A DNA stretch of 24,000 nt from Desulfobacteraceae bacterium (lineage in GTDB: Bacteria > Desulfobacterota > Desulfobacteria > Desulfobacterales > Desulfosalsimonadaceae): positions 1-24,000 of the forward strand of contig JABZFM010000016.1 of NCBI GenBank assembly GCA_014237465.1, written 5' to 3'. The notes below the pieces were generated by a model. The model saw nothing but the letters and a program-made list of their open reading frames with translations, searched no databases and had not been told where the DNA came from. The translations under genes were made by a program, and so were the position numbers. Positions 19,215-24,000 of the stretch are shown here, piece after piece. How positions within the stretch are numbered: the stretch's first letter is position 1; each line of letters begins with the position of its first letter.

Positions 19215-21506
19215 TCAGCCTTCCAGTTTTCCAGCTTCTTCCGAATACCCGCATTCTTTAACCAGGCACTTGATGACTTTACCGTCTCTTTTTGTCTCTT
19301 TTTCAACCATAATTTCCGCCCCGCAATCCGGGCAGGGTTTGGCAATGGGTTTGTCCCACGTGGCAAAATTGCATTTCGGGAAACGGCTGCACCCGTAAAA
19401 CACCTTCCCCCTTTTGGATGTTCGCTCTACCAGTTCACCGTCGCAATCTTTTTCAGGACATTTAACACCAGTGGATTGCGCACTTGTTTTTGAACTGATG
19501 GATCGTGTTTTTTTACATTCCGGGTATCCGCTGCAGGCCAGAAAATCACCGTATCTTCCCTGCTTAACAACCATCGGTTTTCCGCACTGGTCACAGGTTT
19601 CACCTTCTGCTGCTTCATGATCCGGTTCCAGTGCCTGAATGTTGCCTTTTTCATCACGAATATAATTTCGGGAATAATTACATTCCGGGTATCCTTCACA
19701 GGCCAGAAAAGGCCCGTTTTTTCCTACCTTGACATGAAGCTCTTTTGCGCAAAGCGGACAGGGCAAATTCGTCGGCACCCCCACGCCTTTGACGCTGAGC
19801 ATATTGTCTGACGCTGACGCGAGATGCTTTTCAAATGTATTGTAAAACCGGGACAAAATCCCTGAAGCGTCGGTTTCGGCGGTCTCTACAAGGTCCAGAT
19901 CATTTTCCATTTTAGCTGTAAAATCAACACTTAAAATGTCAGGAAAATTTTCAACCAGCAGATCACTGACAATAAACCCGAGCTCGCTGGGGCGAAAATA
20001 TCCTTTTTGAAACTCCACATACCCTTTATCCCGGATCGTTGAAAGAATGGAAGCATAAGTACTTGGCCGGCCGATTCCGTTTTCTTCAAGTTCTTTGACC
20101 AAAGATGCTTCCGAAAAACGCGGCGGCGGCGAAGTAAAGTGTTGCTTGGGATCAATTTTGTTTAATTTCAAAACCATTTTCTCTGCAAGTTCAGGCAGCA
20201 TGGCCTTTTCCTTGCTTTGCGAGTCCTTTTCCTCATCATCAACAGTTATGTAAAGTGCCATAAAACCGGGAAACTTGATCGTTGATCCGGTGACGCTGAA
20301 TGTATAATCGCCCGCGTTAATGGATATGGAATTCTGGTTGATCAGGGCCTGGGCCATTTGGGACGCCATAAACCGTTTCCAGATTAACTGATACAGCGCC
20401 AATTGATCTTTGGTCAAAAATTGAGCGACTTTTTCCGGTGTATGATTGACGGACGTGGGACGGATGGCTTCATGGGCATCCTGAGCTTTGTTCTTGTTTT
20501 TAAAAAACCTCGGCTTTGACAGCGCATATTCCGGACCATATTTTTGTTTTATGAGGTCCAGCGCTTCAAGGGCGGCTTCTTCGGCTATCCGGGTCGAGTC
20601 CGTTCGCATGTACGTAATCAAACCCACATATTCTCCGGAACCCAGATTAATTCCTTCATAAAGCTGCTGAGCCACCACCATGGTTTTCTTGGCTGAAAAC
20701 CGCAGCTTTCGAATGGCTTCCTGTTGAAGTTTGCTGGTTATAAACGGTGGATAAGGGTTTCGTTTGACTATTTTCTTCGCAACTTCATCCACGATATAGG
20801 ATACATCCGAAAGATCGCTTAAAACCGTATCAGCCTCCTGCTGATTGCCGATTTTAATCTTTTTCCCGTTCTTTTTAACCAGTTTTGCGGGAAACTCCGG
20901 CGGCTGATCACCTTCCAGAAAGGCAGTAACAGACCAGTATTCCACAGGATCAAATGCATGAATGGCCCTTTCCCGTTCACAGATAATCCTTACGGCAACG
21001 GATTGGACACGCCCGGCGCTCAGCCCGTATTTGACCTTTTTCCATAAAACCGGTGAAATCTGATAGCCGACCAGACGATCCAGGATTCTTCGGGTTTGCT
21101 GTGCCTTATACTTATTCAGATTCAGCAATTCCGGAGCGGATAACGCTTCAATGACACCTTTTTTGGTTATTTCATGAAAAAGCACACGATGAAAGCGGCG
21201 GCCCTTTTTCTTTAATACATCCGCAGTATGAAATGCAATGGCCTCCCCTTCACGATCCGGGTCAGGTGCCAGATAGATATCATCTGAATCCTTGGCAGCG
21301 CTTTTAAGGGTTCGAATAACTTTCTGCTTTCCCTTGATCGTTACGTATTTGGGTTCAAAGTCATTTTCGATATCAATACCGATCTCTTTTTCCGGTAAAT
21401 CCATTATATGACCGACCGTTGAGGTCACATTATAATCTTTGCCAAGATATTTTCTTAATGATTTTTCTTTTGTCGGTGATTCAACAATAACAAGCGGCTT
21501 ATTCAA
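19215..21506 (-). CDS. topA: DNA topoisomerase I
   Basis: 763 aa. Toprim N-terminus (KPLVIVESPTKEKSLRKYLG...DPDREGEAIAFH), a type IA core (YMRTDSTRI active-site region) and four C-terminal C4 zinc-ribbon motifs (CPLC...CEGYPEC, CDQC...CSGYPEC, CPEKDC...CSRFPKC, CPDC...CLVKEC). It starts at TTG 21506-21504, preceded by GGGGA. Confidence 0.95.
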   Translation of the reverse strand: MNKPLVIVESPTKEKSLRKYLGKDYNVTSTVGHIMDLPEKEIGIDIENDFEPKYVTIKGKQKVIRTLKSAAKDSDDIYLAPDPDREGEAIAFHTADVLKKKGRRFHRVLFHEITKKGVIEALSAPELLNLNKYKAQQTRRILDRLVGYQISPVLWKKVKYGLSAGRVQSVAVRIICERERAIHAFDPVEYWSVTAFLEGDQPPEFPAKLVKKNGKKIKIGNQQEADTVLSDLSDVSYIVDEVAKKIVKRNPYPPFITSKLQQEAIRKLRFSAKKTMVVAQQLYEGINLGSGEYVGLITYMRTDSTRIAEEAALEALDLIKQKYGPEYALSKPRFFKNKNKAQDAHEAIRPTSVNHTPEKVAQFLTKDQLALYQLIWKRFMASQMAQALINQNSISINAGDYTFSVTGSTIKFPGFMALYITVDDEEKDSQSKEKAMLPELAEKMVLKLNKIDPKQHFTSPPPRFSEASLVKELEENGIGRPSTYASILSTIRDKGYVEFQKGYFRPSELGFIVSDLLVENFPDILSVDFTAKMENDLDLVETAETDASGILSRFYNTFEKHLASASDNMLSVKGVGVPTNLPCPLCAKELHVKVGKNGPFLACEGYPECNYSRNYIRDEKGNIQALEPDHEAAEGETCDQCGKPMVVKQGRYGDFLACSGYPECKKTRSISSKTSAQSTGVKCPEKDCDGELVERTSKRGKVFYGCSRFPKCNFATWDKPIAKPCPDCGAEIMVEKETKRDGKVIKCLVKECGYSEEAGKLEG

Positions 21507-21524
21507 TTCTTTTCCCCACTGATG

Positions 21525-22637
21525 TTAACAGACGGTAAAATATTTTCCAGGACTCTGACTCACCAGCCCTTTTAATTCAAGATTTAACAATATAATCGAC
21601 AACTTTCCAACGTTCATAGCGGTCTGACGGCTCAACTCATCAATATGAATTGGATATGGCTCAAGAACCTCATATATATGAGATTCTTCCCCGGATAAAT
21701 CAAGCAATAATTGTGATTTCAGGTTTGAACATTTATCGGCCGGTGGATCAGTCGATTTAATACTATTTTCAAAATGATAAAACTCTTCAACAACATCCTG
21801 TGCACAGGCAACCAGTTTTGCTCCCTGTTTCAAAAGATTGTGCGCCCCGATACTTTTCGCAGAATTAATGCTGCCGGGCACTGCAAAAACCTCCCTGCCC
21901 TGCTCCCCTGCCAGGCGCGCGGTAATCAGGGAACCGCTTCTTTGTGTCGCTTCAACAACAAGCGTTCCCAAAGTCATTCCGGAAATAATCCGGTTTCTGG
22001 CCGGAAAATTATATGCATTGGGTTCCTCCATTATGGGAAATTCCGAAATTACCGCACCGTTTTCAATAATCTCATCATGGAGTCTTCTGTTCTCAGGCGG
22101 ATAAATAACCCCAAGCCCGCTTCCCAGCACGGCAAAGGTTCTTCCTTTTGCCGATATCGCCCCCATGTGTGCTGCCGTATCAATCCCCCGGGCCATACCG
22201 CTGACAATATTCAACCCTAAAGATGCCAGTTCACGGCTCAGTCGTGTGGCCATGGATTTCCCATAGGAGGAAGCATTTCTCGACCCGACAACCGCCACGC
22301 TCTTATCTGTCTCTTCAAGACGGCCCTTAACATAGATATATGGCGGTGGGTCAGGAATATGATGTAAAAGCGGAGGATATTCAGGATCTGCAGAGGTTAT
22401 TATTCTGCATTGCTGCTTTTCCGCAAGCGCAATCTCGTTTTTTATGCTGTCGGAAAAACGAAATCCTTTAATTGCGCCGGCAATCCGCTCACTGACACCT
22501 GACACCCATATCAATTCGGATTTTTTTGCGCCAAAAACCTTTTCCGGTGTCTCAAATCGATCAATAAGGCGTTTATACAGATGATTTCCAACACCGTTAA
22601 CATTTTTTAATGCCAGCCAAGGGGCAATATTTTCCAT
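21525..22637 (-). CDS. dprA: DNA-processing protein DprA (Smf)
   Basis: 370 aa. Rossmann-like DprA core motifs (VAVVGSRNASSYG, SGMARGIDTAAHMGAI, VLGSGLGVIYPPEN, GSLITARLAGEQGREVFAVPG) plus a C-terminal winged-helix-like tail. It lies 18 nt upstream of topA, a common dprA-topA arrangement. Confidence 0.92.
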   Translation of the reverse strand: MENIAPWLALKNVNGVGNHLYKRLIDRFETPEKVFGAKKSELIWVSGVSERIAGAIKGFRFSDSIKNEIALAEKQQCRIITSADPEYPPLLHHIPDPPPYIYVKGRLEETDKSVAVVGSRNASSYGKSMATRLSRELASLGLNIVSGMARGIDTAAHMGAISAKGRTFAVLGSGLGVIYPPENRRLHDEIIENGAVISEFPIMEEPNAYNFPARNRIISGMTLGTLVVEATQRSGSLITARLAGEQGREVFAVPGSINSAKSIGAHNLLKQGAKLVACAQDVVEEFYHFENSIKSTDPPADKCSNLKSQLLLDLSGEESHIYEVLEPYPIHIDELSRQTAMNVGKLSIILLNLELKGLVSQSPGKYFTVC

Positions 22638-22660
22638 AAAAGATATAATGACTTAAATGT

Positions 22661-22689
22661 CAAATAAAAACTGCCCGTAAACGGGCAGT
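22661..22689 (-). terminator. Rho-independent terminator downstream of secF (minus strand)
   Basis: Stem CTGCCCG-taaa-CGGGCAG (22671-22688). On the minus strand it is followed by TTTTTATTTG (complement of 22661-22670). It sits between the secF stop and the dprA start. Confidence 0.6.
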
Positions 22690-22738
22690 AAAAAATTCAA
22701 AAATCAGTACGGGCAGGATGCTTCGTGCCTTTCACAAA

Positions 22739-22775
22739 TGCCGGATTACGCTCTACGAGCTAATCCGGCCTACGC
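22739..22775. repeat. REP-like palindromic element (TGCCGGATTACGCTCTACGAGCTAATCCGGCCTACGC)
   Basis: Stem GCCGGATTA / TAATCCGGC followed by CTACG. Strongly reminiscent of the enterobacterial REP consensus (GCCGGATG...TTATCCGGCCTAC). It accounts for the N-terminus (MPDYALRANPAYA) of the spurious ORF 22738..23088. Confidence 0.6.
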
Positions 22776-22912
22776 ATTAATAAAAATAAACATGGAACAT
22801 CAACTTCCAAAAAGATATTCTATCGATTCTTTTTGCCGGATCATCAATTTTTACGTTCCTTATTATAAAATAATAGAACAATGCGATATCCGTTTTCGAC
22901 ATTCGATAAAAA

Positions 22913-22955
22913 CCTTCAGACTTCTACCTTCTACCTTCTACCTTCTACCTTCTTC
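22913..22955 (-). repeat. Heptamer tandem array abutting the secF stop codon (minus-strand reading: TAA GAAG AAGGTAG x4 AAGTCTG AAGG)
   Basis: The plus strand reads CCTTCAGAC TTCTACC TTCTACC TTCTACC TTCTACC TTCTTC, then TTA (the complement of the stop codon at 22956-22958). This is the same unit family, and the same sense orientation relative to the upstream gene, as the array at 14788-14829. Confidence 0.9.
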
Positions 22956-24000
22956 TTATCCCGCCGCTCCAGCAACTCCACCGGATACGCTCTCATCCTG
23001 GAGCATCAGCAAAATGGGGCTGGCAACATATACTGAGGAGTATGTTCCCACAATAATCCCTACAATCATGGCCAAAGAAAAATCATGAATAATATCGCCG
23101 CCAAAGGAAAACAGACAGAACAGAACAACCAGCGTTGTCAGGGAAGTCAGAATCGTCCGGCTTAGTGTTTCATTAATGCTTTTGTTAATTATTTCATCAA
23201 TCGGCAGTCGGTTGTATCTTTTCAGATTTTCTCGAATCCGGTCATAAACAATAATCGTATCATTTAACGAATACCCGATAATTGTCAAAAGCGCGGCAAT
23301 AATCGGCAGGGTAAATTCGATATTCAATATTGAAAAAATTCCAATGGTAATTGTTACATCATGAAGCAGTGCCACAACCGCTCCCATGGCGTATTTTAAC
23401 CTCAACTGCCAGAATAAAATAAGCGTAACCACCAGTGCAACCGCTATTAAAAAAGGGATGCTGACCTCAAATATGGTAAAGAAATAGACCGCCCCGATCA
23501 GTGCCAGGGCCATGACTGCGCTTAACATCCATTTAAGTTCAAATCGGCCGGAAATATAAATCGTGATAAACAGCAGGGTATAAAACAATGCAAACAATGC
23601 TTTTTCCTGAAGGTCCTTGCCTACCTGCGGCCCGACCATTTCGATTCTGCGAATTTCAATGCCGGCACCTGTTGCTGTTTCCACAGAAGTTTTGATCTGT
23701 TCAGAAAACCCCTTGTCCGTGATCAGGGTTTGGTTGGTATGTACCAGGAACTCATTATCGTCTTTTTCACCGAACTGCTGAACCGCCGACCCCTCCAGGC
23801 CCAATTCGGCAAGTCCGACCTTGATATTTTCAATTGTGACCGGCTTTTCACATTTAATCTGAACAATGGTGCCGCCGGCAAAGTCGATTCCGTAGTTCGG
23901 GCCGCGGTGAATGATTAAAGAACCAATACTCACCAGCATAAGGATCGCTGAAAACGCAAAGGCAATATACCGTTTTCCGATAATATTGAGATTAATACCG
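22956..24000 (-). CDS. secF: Protein translocase subunit SecF (5' end beyond window)
   Basis: The minus-strand frame stays open to the window edge: ...GINLNIIGKRYIAFAFSAILMLVSIGSLIIHRGPNYGIDFAGGT, which is the typical SecF N-terminus (IDFxGKRxxAxxxS...GIDFxGGT). The ATG at 23939 in the ORF track is therefore internal. The six-TM SecDF-type C-terminal half is present. Stop at 22956-22958. Confidence 0.9.
   Translation of the reverse strand, partial: GINLNIIGKRYIAFAFSAILMLVSIGSLIIHRGPNYGIDFAGGTIVQIKCEKPVTIENIKVGLAELGLEGSAVQQFGEKDDNEFLVHTNQTLITDKGFSEQIKTSVETATGAGIEIRRIEMVGPQVGKDLQEKALFALFYTLLFITIYISGRFELKWMLSAVMALALIGAVYFFTIFEVSIPFLIAVALVVTLILFWQLRLKYAMGAVVALLHDVTITIGIFSILNIEFTLPIIAALLTIIGYSLNDTIIVYDRIRENLKRYNRLPIDEIINKSINETLSRTILTSLTTLVVLFCLFSFGGDIIHDFSLAMIVGIIVGTYSSVYVASPILLMLQDESVSGGVAGAAG

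Noticed and set aside
18911-19493. ORFs 18911..19366 (-, 151 aa) and 19062..19493 (+, 143 aa)
   Set aside because: Both are built from palindromic repeats (VIPAKAGIQ and IPAFAGMT, PRRSLGTRE) and from antisense read-through into the topA 3' end. These are classic repeat-derived hypothetical proteins.
22738-23088. ORF 22738..23088 (+), 116 aa
   Set aside because: It starts in the REP-like element (MPDYALRANPAYA), runs through the heptamer array (LLPSTFYLLPSS), and then lies antisense to secF. It is not a gene.

Overview
The window looks like a bacterial chromosome segment with short palindromic intergenic repeats. A Desulfobacterota-like origin is only a low-confidence impression. All product calls come from reading motifs in the supplied translations; no database search was possible.

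Layout:
- Left flank (1-3291, + strand): two tandem paralogous TMTC-like GT-C membrane proteins with C-terminal TPR repeats. The first is cut by the window edge. They are separated and followed by dense nested repeat blocks.
- Centre (about 3650-18860, all + strand, visibly more AT-rich): an accessory-looking block.
  - Two paralogous secreted proteins. Each has a Sec signal peptide followed by a double-glycine-leader-like amphipathic motif.
  - A stand-alone periplasmic C39-type cysteine peptidase.
  - An outer-membrane protein with SPOR domain, coiled coil and beta-barrel.
  - A FadL/TodX-like barrel with a His-rich tail.
  - A translationally coupled pair of beta-propeller repeat proteins (PD40-like and LVIVD), bracketed by ~105-bp inverted repeats.
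  - A large TPR lipoprotein.
  - A membrane-anchored coiled-coil protein.
- Right flank (- strand): housekeeping genes topA, dprA and a 5'-truncated secF.

Main hypothesis: genes at 4078-10734 form a previously undescribed outer-membrane secretion or fibre-assembly module. Its architecture resembles Pseudomonas Fap (FapD C39 peptidase plus FapF coiled-coil barrel), but the cargo is unrelated.

Other notable signals:
- An ~80-nt three-hairpin (cloverleaf-shaped) repeat family.
- Heptamer arrays (AAGGTAG/AAGGCTG) fused to the stop codons of two genes.
- A 12-bp direct-repeat array and an orphan perfect Shine-Dalgarno sequence in the leader of the first cargo gene.
- A 167-bp MITE-like element.
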